Shown in pieces: positions 12,359-27,530 of a stretch of 64,000 nt of DNA; the first letter of the stretch is position 1, and every line of letters starts with the position of its first letter. The notes under the pieces are model-generated. The model was not told the DNA's origin. It saw nothing but the letters and a program-made list of their open reading frames with translations, and ran no database searches. Source of the stretch: Eledone cirrhosa (Eukaryota); contig OZ024741.1 in NCBI GenBank assembly GCA_964016885.1, positions 52,824,001 through 52,888,000 on the forward strand. The letters are read 5' to 3'. Made by a program: the position numbers and the translations under genes.

Positions 12359-12566
12359 TCCTTTGTCAGTGTTGAACAAATGAACAACGATGGTTGTTAG
12401 ACACTGTACGGCTTAATTCGGGATGTTAGTTTACAAACACACCGAGCATTATAATAAATGTTCGGTGAATCAATACGTACATATATATATGTGTGCATGT
12501 ATGCATATATATATACATACTACTGTACGTCTGTATACATATATGACAGTATGTATACATACTTAT

Positions 12567-14122
<1,556 letters not shown>

Positions 14123-14146
14123 TATATATATATATATATATAGGTA

Positions 14147-14513
14147 TATATTAATAAAAGGAATTCCAACTTTGTCTGATTTACTCGTTTTATTTACAAT
14201 CCTTTAAAATTTATAATGGTATTAGAATGAAATAGTATGGTAGAATATTAAATGTTAAGTGTTAATTGAACAAGTACTTTCATGCTTTCGCAATCTTCAG
14301 GTTCATATATAACTGACACTTGAAAATTGCAAACTTGACTGTCAGCACATAATATGAACCTGAAGATTGCGAAAGCATGAAAGTACTTGTTCAATTAACA
14401 CTTAACATTTAATATTCTACCATACTATTTCATTCTAATACCATTATAAATTTTAAAGGATTGTAAATAAAACGAGTAAATCAGACAAAGTTGGAATTCC
14501 TTTTATTAATATA
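14147..14513. mobile_element. Fold-back element with two minimal hammerheads (14267-14305 minus, 14355-14393 plus)
   Basis: ~160-bp perfect arms; tgaac CTGAAGA t-tgc-gaaa-gca-t GAAA gtac TT gttca. Confidence 0.88.
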
Positions 14514-14540
14514 ATCTTCTATACACAATCATACACACCC

Positions 14541-14598
<58 letters not shown>

Positions 14599-14623
14599 CC
14601 CTGTATATATATATATATGTATA

Positions 14624-14810
14624 TAATATAGAAAGGCTTCTACAGGATAAGAACTGTTTCATTCGGGAGAAATCATAAGGTAGCCTGATGATTTCTCCCG
14701 AATGAAATAGTTCTAGTCCTGTAGAAGCCTTTCTATATTAAATATTTATACTCTGCTTTGTATTGAGTACCTTTCTTACTGTGGTTTCCCCCGATTGAAC
14801 CCGGGATAAA

Positions 14811-14812
<2 letters not shown>
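14624..14812 (+). mobile_element. Fold-back element of the 3805 HHR family, inverted at the ribozyme 5' core
   Basis: Arms 14624-14680 and 14684-14740; CTGATGA at 14685, GAAA-tag-ttctagtc-ctg-TA; 5' strand of stem I lost. Confidence 0.8.
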
Positions 14813-14891
<79 letters not shown>

Positions 14892-15021
14892 TATAATGTA
14901 GGAGGTGAGTTTTATTGTAGCACAATAAAGCAATGCAAATATCGGATAAGTAGCACTCAACAGTTTATAGGACTGGAGTATAAATAATATAAAATCAAAA
15001 GATGGTTAAAAGAGTTCTATG

Positions 15022-15092
15022 TATTTTATTATGCGCATTTCAAAAACAAATATCATCATGGGATGATATTTGCGTTCTCATCAGATAAAATA
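15022..15092 (-). ncRNA. pLTR hammerhead ribozyme (PLE A)
   Basis: tattttat CTGATGA long stem II GAAA tgcgca TA ataaaata. Confidence 0.9.
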
Positions 15093-16068
15093 GGGGGACA
15101 TGATATGAAGCTTAAAAAACACTTGCGAGCAGTGAAGTGTCAAATCAACATATGAAAAATAAAATTAGAGGGATACATGAAATTGGAAAAAAGGAAAGGA
15201 AGGGGGGAAAGAAAAGGTAAGGAAGAGGAAGAAAAAATATAGATAGAAGAAAAGAAAAATAAGGAAAGGGTGAAAGAGGAGGAGTATAAGAAGGAAGGAT
15301 GAGAGAGGAGGAGAAAATGAGTGAGAGAGAGAGAGATAACCTTTAATACTGAGAAACACTGTCTCACAGAGAAAAATAAAAAAAACCGTTGTAAGATAAT
15401 ACATAATTAAAAAAAAAAAAAATTATGAAATTAAAAGTTAATGAGGTTTATGAATGGTGATGCTTATGATTAAAGAAAAAGGAATTAAGAATACTATTTA
15501 TTTAAGGTTTATATATTGAAGGGTTTAATAAGATGTGCGAAAAGGAATTTATTAAAATGTATTATTAAAATAAAATATATTAAGAAGATAAGGTGAATGA
15601 AGATAAGGTTAAATGAAGGTTAGAGGAATTAATTAGGGTCCGAGTTTGTTTCAATATATTGTAATGGGAAAAAGTAAATAATAGAGTTAATACGAGCATG
15701 GAAAGAGAGAAGAAAGAAAAAAATCAAGGAAGAAAATATATATAACGTCAAAAAAATATGTTTACAAAATTCCTCTAATGGTAATATTAGTATATATTAA
15801 AAATAAAAATTTGTATGGCCGAGAATATAAGGAAAATGCTTATAGTGAGTTATAAGATGAATTAAGAAGTAATTGAGAAGTAAAAGTTGCAGAGTAAAGA
15901 TAAGATGAAAAAAAATATATATATATATATATATATAGTGGACCGCTAACGACATAGTATGAGTAATATTGTATAATATACTGAAATAAGGTAGAAAGAT
16001 GGGTATATTTGTAAAAAAATATAAAAGTGTTTGAGAAAAAGATTTAAAACTAATTAGGTAGTAAGATA

Positions 16069-17345
16069 TTAACTGTATACTTTATGGAAAGTTCTATGGG
16101 ATTTATGCAAGTAGAGCGAAAATAAATCCGTACGTCTATTTATTATAGAATTAAAATTAGAGATAATGGTAAATTTCTCCGCTAGGCAGAGATAGCATGT
16201 TCTGGATAGGGAAGAATTAAGGTAAGGAGAGGCGTTGCAAACCTTTCTCCAAGAAATGTTGTAGTTAATATTTTTTTCCTTTAAGAACCATATGAGTTCT
16301 GAGAGTGCTGTGTTAGTTCTTTTAAGTGGGTATCTAAAAGAAGAATTATGATTATAAAATCTTGCCTTAAAGGAAGTGGAAGTGGAGCCAAAGTAGGTAA
16401 AAGAATTAGTACCAGTTATAACCTTACATTCATACACTAAATTTTTATCAAGACATTGGTTACTAAGAGGACATTTAGTTCTAATAGGGCAATTGCAATT
16501 ACGATTAGAGTAATTACCAGAGTTATTAGCAAGTGACCCAGTATTATTTATAGAAGGAATTGATTTGGAGAAGTTACTTACGATAGGTGCTAAAGTTTCC
16601 TGATTTAGATTGGTATTATGAACATTCGACAAAATTGCGTTTGACGTCGTATTTAAATTTTACTATTGTTACTATTGTTATTGTTACTATTGTTATTGTT
16701 ATTGTTACTATTGTTACTATTGTTAAAAGCTTACTATTGTTATTATTATGGCGCTCAGTGTTGGATGGATATGATTTATTATTTAATATTTTAGTATTAT
16801 GTTTTGAGATAATGTTAGAGATGTTGGAAGTGGTGGAATAAGAGAATTTAATTGTATGCTTATTAAAGATCTTACTATAAATATGTGAAGGAGGGAAGCA
16901 TTTATCTAAGGCCCTAAAAAATAGTTTAGGAATATTACTAATAATTGTTTCTACTTTAGGCACAAGGCCAGCAATTACCCAGTGCATTACTGGTACTTTA
17001 TTTTATCGACCCCGTAAGGATGAAAGGCAAAGTCAACCTCGGCGGGATTTGAACTCAGATCGTAAAGGGACGTAACTATGCTGGAAAGCATGGCGACAGA
17101 CCCTCTACCGATACTGCCAATCCACCTAATAATAGATAGAGAAAAGGAGCGTTGTACCAAATGATATTTTTATATCTAGGTCTTTTATTTATGCTATTGA
17201 AATGCTTATAACTAACTATATTACTATAAGTTCCTCCATGATTGGTTTCTTTATTGTATTTAATTTTGTCAGGATAACCGGCTCTGGAAAGCGCATTGTT
17301 GTAATAATTGGCTTTAGCGTCAAAGATAAGTTTATTAGAAGATAG
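16069..17345 (-). pseudogene. PLE RT thumb + GIY-YIG endonuclease, frameshifted and SINE-interrupted
   Basis: CNCPIRTKCPLSNQC linker, LVYEC...TYFGSTSTSFKARFYNH, CYLC; closely similar to ORF 38304-40157. Confidence 0.9.
16946..17125 (-). mobile_element. Full-length tRNA-headed Nin-domain SINE inserted in the PLE ORF
   Basis: A box tggcagtatcggtag, B box gagttcaaatcc, gcctttcatcc...ggtcgataaaataaagtacca; candidate TSD ctaataat (16938-16945, 17126-17133). Confidence 0.88.
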
Positions 17346-17785
17346 ATTAAACCCTTCAATATATAAACCTTAAATAAATAGTATTCTTAATTCCTTTTTC
17401 TTGAATCATAAGCATCACCATTCATAAAACTTATTAACTTTTAATTTCATAATTTTTTTTTAAAATTATGTATTATCTTACAACGTTTTTTTTTTTATTT
17501 TTCTCTATGAGACAGTGTTTCTCAGTATTAAAGGTTATCTCTCTCACTTACTCATTTTCTCCTCCTCTCTCATCCTTCCTTCTTATACTCCTCCTCCGTC
17601 ATCCTTTCCTTATTATTATAATTTTTTTTCTTCTATCTATATTTTTTCTTCCTCTTCCTTACCTTTTCTTTCCCCCTTCCTTTCCGTTTTTCCCATCTCA
17701 TATATCCATCTAATTTTATTTTTCATATGTTGATTTGACACTTCACTGCTCGCAAGTGTTTTTTAAGCTTCATATCATGTCTCCC

Positions 17786-17856
17786 TATTTTATCTGATGA
17801 GAACGCAAATATCATCCCATGATGATATTTGTTTTTGAAATGCGCATAATAAAATA
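17786..17856 (+). ncRNA. pLTR hammerhead ribozyme (PLE A, inverted arm)
   Basis: CTGATGA 17794-17800, 16-bp stem II, GAAA 17837-17840, AUA triplet, 8-bp stem I. Confidence 0.9.
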
Positions 17857-17886
17857 CATGGAACGCTTTTAACCATCTTTTGATTT

Positions 17887-17984
<98 letters not shown>

Positions 17985-18570
17985 AAGAGAGAGTGACTGA
18001 GAGAGAACGTGTGTATGGATGTGTGTGTGTGTGTGTGTGTGTGTACGGGTGCGGTTATTCAGCAAACTTATATATATTGTATATAATCTTACACCTATAT
18101 TATCGTTTCTTTCCGACTGGAGGCTAGACTCGTCGAAAACATGGAAAAAACAAACAAACAAAAACAAAAGCAAAATACCCCCCCCCCCACACACACACAA
18201 AAAAACCAACGGAAAAAGATATTTCAAATCGAAACAGATGTAATTGTTAGAATTTACCAATTCAACAACACATCATCGATCTGACAATATAACTTTTAGT
18301 AACTACAATGAAAATATATGCGTAATTCTAATAGGGTCGCATTTAAATCATGGGGTCTCGGGGCACTACTGGCCTGGTTCCCCCTCCCCCACATACCCTA
18401 GAAAAAAATTATAATGCATAGAAAACCCACAAAATTACATATACCCTTGCTTATTTATGCAATTGGAATTAACAGATTATACATACATATAAATGTTAAA
18501 TGCAAAAAAAAAAAAAAAAAAAAATTTAGCAGTAGTACGTAAATGTAATATGGAAATAGAGATACATACA

Positions 18571-18842
18571 TAAACAATAAATAAAAATATACGTAATATA
18601 TACGTAATAGGTAAGTGTTAAATATTATATTAATATATAACTGTACTGACATGTTAGTCTCAGCGTTACCGCAAAGACTTTAGCTTAGGCCCAAACCTAT
18701 CAAATCCATACATTAACAATAAATAAAATATACGTAATATATACGCAATAGGTAAGTGTTAAATGTTATATATAAATGTACTGACATGTTAGTCTCAGCG
18801 TTACCGCAAAGACTTTAACCTAGTCCCAAACCTATCAAATCT
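18571..18842. repeat. Two-copy ~140-bp tandem duplication
   Basis: ...tgtactgacatgttagtctcagcgttaccgcaaagacttta... occurs twice. Confidence 0.85.
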
Positions 18843-18989
18843 ACCATACGGTTAAACTCATCTATCAATGCAAAACTAAGTACAGTAACTTATATCTACT
18901 TATAGAGATATGTATTACTAAAATAATTACAAAAAGCCTTTCTTTCCACAACTGAAAGATCTTGAATGAACTCATCAAACAGCATCATT

Positions 18990-20335
18990 TTCAAAACATT
19001 ACTCTCTACACCCTATAGTGAGAGAGTAGTTAATATTTTGTGGGGCATCACGATTCTCACATAAATCTTTATAAGTGTTAATTTGCTGAATGATCTCACT
19101 TATTAACTATGAAGCTCAAATACATTACAAGAACTGCATTAACATCCGGAAATGTATCAACCGGCCATTCACCATGGAGTAACACTGTCTCTTAAGCTGG
19201 CTGATACATGGCTTGGCTTGGAAAAGGTTGAGAAATGGACAATTTCTTCTATCACCACATAACTAAACTCACGGAGCAGTGATATGTTTCTCAGCTTCAG
19301 TTTTTATCTTTGCCTCAGATAAACTACAAATTTCACTACGGCTTTGAACTTATGGGCTAATTCATAGGCTAACCTGCATTTTTGTAAGGCAGCACACAAC
19401 TGATCTAAAATGACATTAATGCATTAAAAGTCCTGCATCTGAGTTTAACTCCTGGAGAACAAACAATTTCCTCTAAAACTAATTTTGGATTTACATTGTC
19501 ATGTTGGCCTACGTGATGCTAGTTTATAGTTGGTGATGGCTCAGAAGTTCCTTGCTTTCAGTTATAACACTTAAGACCTTTCCGGAAAGGATTTTAGAAA
19601 CTTTTTCTGGAGAATCAGTTAGATCAATCACTCTATTTAGGTCAATTTCAAATTCCTGAAAATCTTAGTTTGTGCTGTTGAATTGTACACAAATTAAATT
19701 CTAGATCTTGGCCATCAGAGCAATTTTCACATACAGTCTTCTTTATTTGTCAATGTCTGTGATTCATATCTTGCTTCAGGTGTTTGTTTCAAAACATCGA
19801 GTGTTTCAGCTCTTGCTGACCAATGTGTGCTTGACATATACTTTATAATTAGTGCTCTTTCCATAGCTTCCAGAGACTTCATTAGATTTTCCCATCTGTA
19901 TGTTGACGGAGAAAGAAAAGGTGTACAACCTATGTATGAAGTCAAAATAATTGGCAGTTTCATTACAGCATAAATCAGTAACCTGTTCAACTAGATTGAA
20001 TGAGTTAGCAATAAAAGAGATAAAAAGAACTGCCGCATTCTTATCCTTAAGTCGGGCTTGGTTTCCTGTGTAGTGGCCAGTCATATTGCTGGCAATGTCA
20101 TAGGACTGCCCCCCCCCCCCCCCCCCGCAGTCTTCAAAATCAATTCCATCATCTTTTAAAAATTATAGCAGAAAAAATGCTAGTAGTTCAACATCGTGAG
20201 AGTCAGCCTGCAGGAAAGTCAAATACATTTCTGGCGGCTTCCTACAAACAACATACCGCACAATAACTATTAATTGATCAGCATGAACCAAATCGGCTGT
20301 CAAATCTAATGAGAAGTACCCTTTGTCATATATGA
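18990..20335 (-). pseudogene. hAT transposase remnant (Tip100/ZMYM1-like)
   Basis: GQSYDIASNMTG...ANSFNLV, THWSAR (TRWSAR-like) and HADQL motifs; many frameshifts; poly-G expansion near 20109-20126. Confidence 0.75.
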
Positions 20336-20399
20336 ACCCATTCCCATTTCAGAATATTTAAAAAGAATCATTTGTTACAAGATACCTAAACTATGCGTA

Positions 20400-20935
20400 T
20401 AAGACCTATACTATTTTTTGAGCGATTTTGGTCGAGATGGGGGACTTATATGATAACAAATCTGGTATTTGGAAGTCTTAATTTCCTTTACATATGATAC
20501 TTAACATATATTAGGGATAGAAAGTTCTAGCCCTTTTTCAAATGATAGGTGGAAATAATGTTTCATTTATAGTATGGGACTTATTGGTCTTTGTGACCAG
20601 TAACACGATGTTGTACGACGCAATCACCCTGTTATCTTGCTGCGTAGTTGCTTTCTGAAATTCTGAGATAAACGTTTTCCGCTTTTCGAATGAGGTCTTA
20701 AGTTGTAAGAAATATGACAAAGGTTTTTTTCCTTCTGCTCAACATACTTAGAATATGAACGACATTTTATATGTGAAGGCTTCATGGTCCGTTGGTTAAT
20801 GCTGGGTTGCAAATAATACACAGGTAATTGCCTGCTCTGAGGAGAAGCAATAAAGCCATAAGATAAATAATCAAGACTGTATTGATGACAAATTTTCTTA
20901 AATGGAGACAATGGTGTGTTTAAAAATCGTACAGA
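20400..20935 (-). pseudogene. hAT Charlie/Buster-type transposase N-terminal remnant
   Basis: QYSLDYLSYGF...MKPS and ASYNIVLLVTKTNKSHTINETL motifs typical of ZBED5/Buster-like proteins. Confidence 0.75.
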
Positions 20936-21155
20936 GAAAATATAAGGAACAATTGATAACAGAATTTTCGTACACCAAGTTATGTTACTCAAAGTACGAT
21001 TTCTATAATCTACAAATACGAGAACACAAGAACGTTGCAATCTCGTGACGATCAATACAATCCAACAACTTCAAGTGGCTGTCGGTTCATATAAGCATAT
21101 TGAGCTGTGATCAGGTTCCATCTTAGGATTCTCATGTTTTCTCTGCTCTTCTCAC

Positions 21156-21303
21156 CCGAAAGAATACGATCGCGAATACAAGCGGCAGAAATAGGGTTCA
21201 TAAGAAGGGTCTTTGGAGTAACGTTACTTGATAGAATACGTAGCTCGGATATCAGAGAGTCGCTCAAGGTAGAACCACAACTTCACCGAATTGAGAGATG
21301 GCG
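21156..21303 (+). mobile_element. RTE-clade LINE fragment (post-RT region)
   Basis: RIQAAEIGFIRRVFGVTLLDRIRSSDIRESLKVEP. Confidence 0.8.
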
Positions 21304-22034
21304 TTAGCGAATTTATCCTAATGCCACTTCTTAATTTTACTGGCAAAGTTATTCTTGGTCTTTCTTATCTGAGTTATATAAAATTCGTGCGAGGAACTAT
21401 TTGAATGTTAATGACCCTTTTCAAAACTATAGAAAATACCAAAATGTTCATTGTTTGTGCGGTTAGTAATGAGGCTCATTCAAGTTCCTAAATTTGTGTT
21501 ACAAAAGTTCTTTGCATTGCTCCTTTGAATAATATTTTCGTGTAACATATGTTGAAATACCTTCTTAATACTTAAAATCCTTCCGCAGCGTCAGGGCACT
21601 GTTGTCGTTTCTAGCGGTAACACAATGCCGAGAGGAGGCATTATACTTCTCTCTGTCAGATCTATCTGTCTATCTAATTTGTTCATTTTATCACGCGAAC
21701 ATCATACCAACAGAAATATATATATTTCTGTTGCATGAGCCGGCAATTTCATGTAGTACTCTCAAGTTAAATCGTGCGAAACCACAGTCGGTCTGAGAGC
21801 TGAAGAGGTTAAAAGATGTTCGTGTGATCTTGTCCAGTCCATTTTCTTCCTTTGCTCCTTTCTTGCTATCACCTCTGCGGACCAACACACTTCTAGCTGC
21901 TGATTTCTGTCCTTTGAGGTAAATATTACCCGATGCTGTCATTGACGGCATTTTACCGTTTTAACAGCTCTTCCTGTGTTGAGTTCTTTTCATTATTCTC
22001 TGATTATATATATAGTATGTATGCAATGTCCAAA

Positions 22035-22262
22035 ATGACTGACTGAATGCGCACCTGTTTTCCCCCTTCTTCCTCATTCCAACTCGGTCATTCCTCTTCT
22101 CACTATTTTATTTCTATTTATCTTCTATTTATAACTCCATTGGCTGATGAAGGGTTAGTTCCCGAAACGTTAAGACTCTCTTCCTGCTATTTCAAGCGTT
22201 AAACTAATATGTTTCTTTATTGTACTGTGTCGTTTGCTTTGTTATTTCTGTTTACTTTTTAC
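22035..22262 (+). mobile_element. PLE-like 3' end with degenerate minimal hammerhead (22141-22175)
   Basis: CTGATGA a-ggg/ccc GAAA cgtta; stem I mismatched; tail resembles 7995-8085. Confidence 0.6.
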
Positions 22263-24206
22263 ACACATATATACACACTAATATCTTAATTTAGTTTCTT
22301 CTATCTCCCATAATTCTGCCTTCCTCTTCTACTTAATCTTCAAGTAAAAACAAGAAAACTGACAACAACAACGACGAGTGACTATATAATATCAACAACA
22401 ATAACAAGGCTCATATGTGAACCGATTTCCCATTTAAATATATAGTTTACCCACTGTCGATTTATTGGCAGCCCCCCCCCCCCCCACACACACACCATGA
22501 GTCAGCCAGTCTCGAGTGGTATCGTCCAGCGAAAGAAATGGAAATTAATTTTTCCGAGTACTCTAGGAACGTAGCTACCTTAGGCCCCGGGAGCGCTAGC
22601 GGGAACTCCACAATTTCGACAGGCCATCGTCTATACCAAACGAATACTATTAAATCACACATGAGGGGTTTATTTACGTGCCAGTAGAGGCATGATACAG
22701 CTAATAGTTATGCTTAAACCTGGAGTTTATAGGTATAAGTATAATGTGGCGGCCAAAACAGGCGGCGCGGTGGGACTGGGGCAAAGCAACCCGCTCCGAG
22801 TAATTTCGTTTCCCGAAAGAGAAGAAATTTATTTTTCCGAGCACTCAAGGAAGGCTGAACTTTCCGAGTGTCCAGCGCGCAGCCGGGAAAAGCCACCATA
22901 CAAGTCGAAGGTAGCAACCCAATGAAAAGTGCAAATAGACCAAAATTATTTTAAAGTCCCAGTTGGTCTGGGTTATAAGTAGTGTGGTTCTTAGGTGGGT
23001 AGGGGGCTATGAAAAGTGCAAAATGACCTGAGTAAGGAAAGTTACAAAAAAATATTAAAAGCAGCATACAAAGATAAAATACCAATATAAAGATAGAATA
23101 CATTGATAAAAATACATTAATAAAAAAAATACATTAATAAAATAATAAAAAAATAAATAAAATAAAATAAAATAATAAAAAAATAAACATTAATGAAATA
23201 ATAAAAAAATTAATAAAGGTAAATAAGAATCAATATAGATCAAGTTGTAGTAAGATAATACAAGTTGTACATATAGATATAGATATAGAGGATGGAGGAG
23301 ATGGAATGGTAACAGGTTGTACCTAGTGTAAAGTTCGGGTCTCCGAATTCAGTGCGAGTCACAAAAAGTCCTGAGGAATAGAGTAGAGAATTCAGTCAAT
23401 ACAATACATGTTTTAGTATAATACGTAGAGTTTTGTCGGAATCGGAATCATCCCGACAAGGAAGTAGTATCAGGTGGTGGTAGATAAGGCACAGAGCAGC
23501 CAAAATCCGAATGGTAAGTGGATCAGTTAATCCCATGCTGGTAATAGCTGTACACTGAAGTCAGTGCCGCTGTTCAATATTACATTTTGAAGTGCTCATT
23601 TCATATAAAAATTTTCATATACGACTTTCCGTAAGTTCATTAAATAAATCTCACTACCTTAATCTTTAATTCTCTAATAACTTATTTTTCAATTTATCAT
23701 TTTGCAATTTAATATTTTTAATTTAATTTAATTTCATCTTATAACTCGCACCATAAGTTTAACGTTCCAATCTTCAGTTCACACATTAGGCCATACAGAC
23801 ACCCATTATAGTTTCTTTGGAGTAGCATTTTTTCGCGGCATTCTCTAGCATGAATGTAGTATGACCCTTACACTGACTTCTTTCTCCCTTTCTTTCTTCC
23901 CCTTTTTCTTTGACGGAGTGGTGGTAGTGCATTATAAGCCTTCGCCCCCTCACCAGATATTCATTAGTAGATTCAGTTGCCACCACAATGAGGGCGACTG
24001 GCCGAGCAGGTAGTTGGTCAGTCGTCCTCTTTGTCTCTGTCTCTGATTTTTCGGACCCATAGTTTTTTTTACATATTCCTTTGTTATATTCCAATACCTG
24101 ATGATATCACCGGATTCATATGGAACCCGGTCATTGAAATGATCATAGTATAATAAACCTTTCAAGGATTTACACCAGTCCAGCCTCCTGTTATTTTATT
24201 TTATTT

Positions 24207-24363
<157 letters not shown>

Positions 24364-24606
24364 CTATATATATATACATATAAACAATTAAGTTAAAAAT
24401 GTACATCCACATATGTATACTGAAATACTAGTATGCATATGAATGCACACACGTATACATATGTAGATGTACCGAGTTTTTCACTGGTCACTTTACTGTG
24501 AGTGTCCAGCTATTCTGTACGTAAACACACAGACAAACCGGTTTTTAGAGCCATACTGGTTTTTGAGGAAACACCTTTCCTCTATTCTCCAGAAAGCCAG
24601 ACAAGG

Positions 24607-24651
24607 AATATTGAACTAGTTTCGATGTTGTTACATCTCATCAGCAATATT
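24607..24651 (-). ncRNA. Hammerhead, family B inverted arm
   Basis: Reverse complement of 24830-24874. Confidence 0.85.
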
Positions 24652-24829
24652 TACCTATCTTCCGGCCTCTCTAGAGAATCGTAAAAGCACATATCGTTAT
24701 ATGCTTTTTCTATGAACCGGTACGTACTCACGCTCTATGCAAATTAGTCTGCCCACTACTAATTTTCATAGAAAAAGCATATAACGATATGTGCTTTTAC
24801 GATTCTCTAGAGAGGCCGGAAGATAGGTA

Positions 24830-24874
24830 AATATTGCTGATGAGATGTAACAACATCGAAACTAGTTCAATATT
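24830..24874 (+). ncRNA. Hammerhead, family B copy 1
   Basis: aatattg CTGATGA gatg/catc GAAA ctag TT caatatt (GUU triplet). Confidence 0.88.
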
Positions 24875-25295
24875 CCTTGTCTGGCTTTCTGGAGAATAGA
24901 GGAAAGGTGTTTCCTCAAAAACCAGTATGACTCTAAAAACCGGTTTGTCTGTGTGTTTACATACAGAATAGCTGGACACTCACAGTAAAGTGACCAGTGA
25001 AAAACTCGGTACATCTACATATGTATACGTGTGTGTATTCATATGCATACTAGTATTTCAGTATACATATGTGGATGTACATTTTTAACTTAATTGTTTA
25101 AGCGTCAGTCATACAAAAGTGAGTTACAAACGAAACGAAATTTAATTTCGTTTCGTTATTTGTTTTTATCGTCTCCGTTGAACCGGTACGTACTCACGCT
25201 CTATGCAAATTAGTCTGCCCACTACTAATTTTCATAGAAAAAGCATATAACGATATGTGCTTTTACGATTCTCTAGAGAGGCCGGAAGATAGGTA

Positions 25296-25340
25296 AATAT
25301 TGCTGATGAGATGTAACAACATCGAAACTAGTTCAATATT
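25296..25340 (+). ncRNA. Hammerhead, family B copy 2
   Basis: Identical to copy 1. Confidence 0.88.
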
Positions 25341-25663
25341 CCTTGTCTGGCTTTCTGGAGAATAGAGGAAAGGTGTTTCCTCAAAAACCAGTATGACTCT
25401 AAAAACCGGTTTGTCTGTGTGTTTACATACAGAATAGCTGGACACTCACAGTAAAGTGACCAGTGAAAAACTCGGTACATCTACATATGTATACGTGTGT
25501 GTATTCATATGCATACTAGTATTTCAGTATACATATGTGGATGTACATTTTTAACTTAATTGTTTAAGCGTCAGTCATACAAAAGTGAGTTACAAACGAA
25601 ACGAAATTTAATTTCGTTTCGTTATTTGTTTTTATATACATATATATATACATTTATATATAC

Positions 25664-25744
<81 letters not shown>

Positions 25745-26002
25745 CAAGTAAAGCAGTTAAATTATAGAGAGGTTGAAAGAGGGAGACAGAGAGTGAGAGA
25801 GAGGGTGAGAGAGAGACGCCGTTCAACTTTATAATATTTGAGAGTGAAGAGCGACAGAGAGAGTAAAGCAGTTAAATTATAGAGAGGGGGAATGATCTAT
25901 TATAGAGAGAGGGAAGAGCGACGGAGAGAATAAAGCTAAGAAACTATAGGGAGGTGTGTAGGATACATACATAATACATACACACGACACTCAGCTTTAT
26001 AA

Positions 26003-26518
26003 TCTCTATATATAAAACTGAGGATGTCTGTCTGTATGTGTGTAAGTTTGAATCCTTAAAACTAGAGAAGCACCCAACCGACTGTTTTCAAACTTTTCAC
26101 ATGTAATACTTATGTTTCAGGGAGTGTTCTGAGCATAAAAAAATGTCAAATTTTCAATGCACTAGGGGCCGCATCAGGCGATTTATCGATCTCTCTCTAT
26201 AATTCTTAGTCTTTCTCTTTCTAGATAGATACATACATATAACGTCGCGCCCTTATAATATCTGTCTGTATGTCTGGCTGTCTGCTGGCTCCGGTTATTT
26301 TGCCACCCTTGCTCAAGACAAATATCACACTCATTCCCCAAACAGTTGGTAAGTGCACACAACTTCTTCCTCACGTTTTAAGACACACTGTTGCTTTCTT
26401 ACGTACCACGAGACCGTTACTTCTTTGCCAGCCGTGGTTGTGGCAATACTAAGCTTAGCTAATGCGGTTATATATTTCACAATACCTTATCCCGTGCAAA
26501 GCCGGGTACCACTGCTAG
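26003..26518 (+). mobile_element. Non-autonomous Helitron
   Basis: A|TC 5' end (tctctatatataaaa), subterminal hairpin cccgtgcaaagccggg, CTAG|T 3' end. Confidence 0.82.
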
Positions 26519-26593
<75 letters not shown>

Positions 26594-26846
26594 TATAAAT
26601 TATTAGTGCAGATTAAAAGTTTAAACAAACAACTTTTGCGTTGCTTTCATTCTAAGGCCGGATCTTCTGATTTTGATATTTTTATTTATTATTACAACTC
26701 TCTCTATATATATATATGTGTGTATCTGTTTGTGTCTGTGTGTGTGTATGAATATAGAGAGATGTGTGTGTGTGTATGTGTGTTTCCATGCGGATGCTTG
26801 GAGAGATTATATGCTGAATCCGTAGATATCACGGTCGGACTTTTAG

Positions 26847-26883
<37 letters not shown>

Positions 26884-27125
26884 TAGATAAAAGTGCCGCC
26901 CGTAGAAGAAACAACACCACGCATTCGGCCGGGCCACTGTATTATGAAAAAGAAAATCTTTTTCGGGGAAATTATTGGATTTTCCAAAACTTAAATGTTT
27001 TTTTAGGAACTTTCGACATTTATTTTAGATAGTCCGCAGTAAATATGTATACCGGAGTTTTAAATAAACCTGAATAAACTGAATATGGCCTCGATCTTTT
27101 ATTAACACACACGCACACACACACG

Positions 27126-27248
<123 letters not shown>

Positions 27249-27530
27249 TAGATAGATAAATAGATATCTTTCTTTTATTTGCCACCAGGGCATCAAAAGT
27301 GGGACAAGTACAAAGGGGGGAGTTTACAAAACAAGGCGTCCTCAATAAGGAGGAGGCAATAACAAAATATAAAAATAAAATAAAATATAACAAAAAATAA
27401 AATTTATAACAAAATCCTCAATAGAGAGGAGGCGTCTTGGGGGGTCGCACACACCCCCGAAAAAAGTGTGCAACCCTTCTCCTCAGGAGCACAGAGAGGG
27501 GGTGCTCCCTCGTTCCTTCCTCTATTCCCC

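Larger units (their letters stand above)
9997..12566 (+). mobile_element. Retrozyme-like tandem array, family A: four ~650-bp units, each a ~430-bp monomer plus ~210-bp partial repeat
   Basis: HHR cores at 10375, 11018, 11675 and 12322; flanked by (TA)n; no credible ORF. Confidence 0.9.
14896..17893 (-). mobile_element. Penelope-like element copy A (5'-truncated, inverted 5' pLTR at 17346-17893)
   Basis: GIY-YIG ORF remnant; HHR in both pLTR copies; (TA)n on both sides. Confidence 0.92.
24381..25632 (+). mobile_element. Retrozyme-like element, family B: inverted arm (24381-24716) plus ~2 tandem 466-bp monomers
   Basis: Direct repeat period 466 (HHR cores at 24837 and 25303); left arm is the reverse complement of 24765-25100; (TA)n flanks. 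Confidence 0.9.

Noticed and set aside
10865-12375. Repeated 68-aa ORF (MKFRFIF...) in family A and 60-aa ORF in family B
   Set aside because: Not conserved between the homologous families; unit 1 has an immediate stop (atg taa); conservation tracks base pairing, not codons.
21310-21960. Possible Harbinger-like transposase remnant on the minus strand
   Set aside because: Only vague motif resemblance across stops and frameshifts; needs tblastn or HMM support.
23786-24165. 102-aa and 71-aa ORFs as host exons
   Set aside because: No recognisable domain or convincing splice context.
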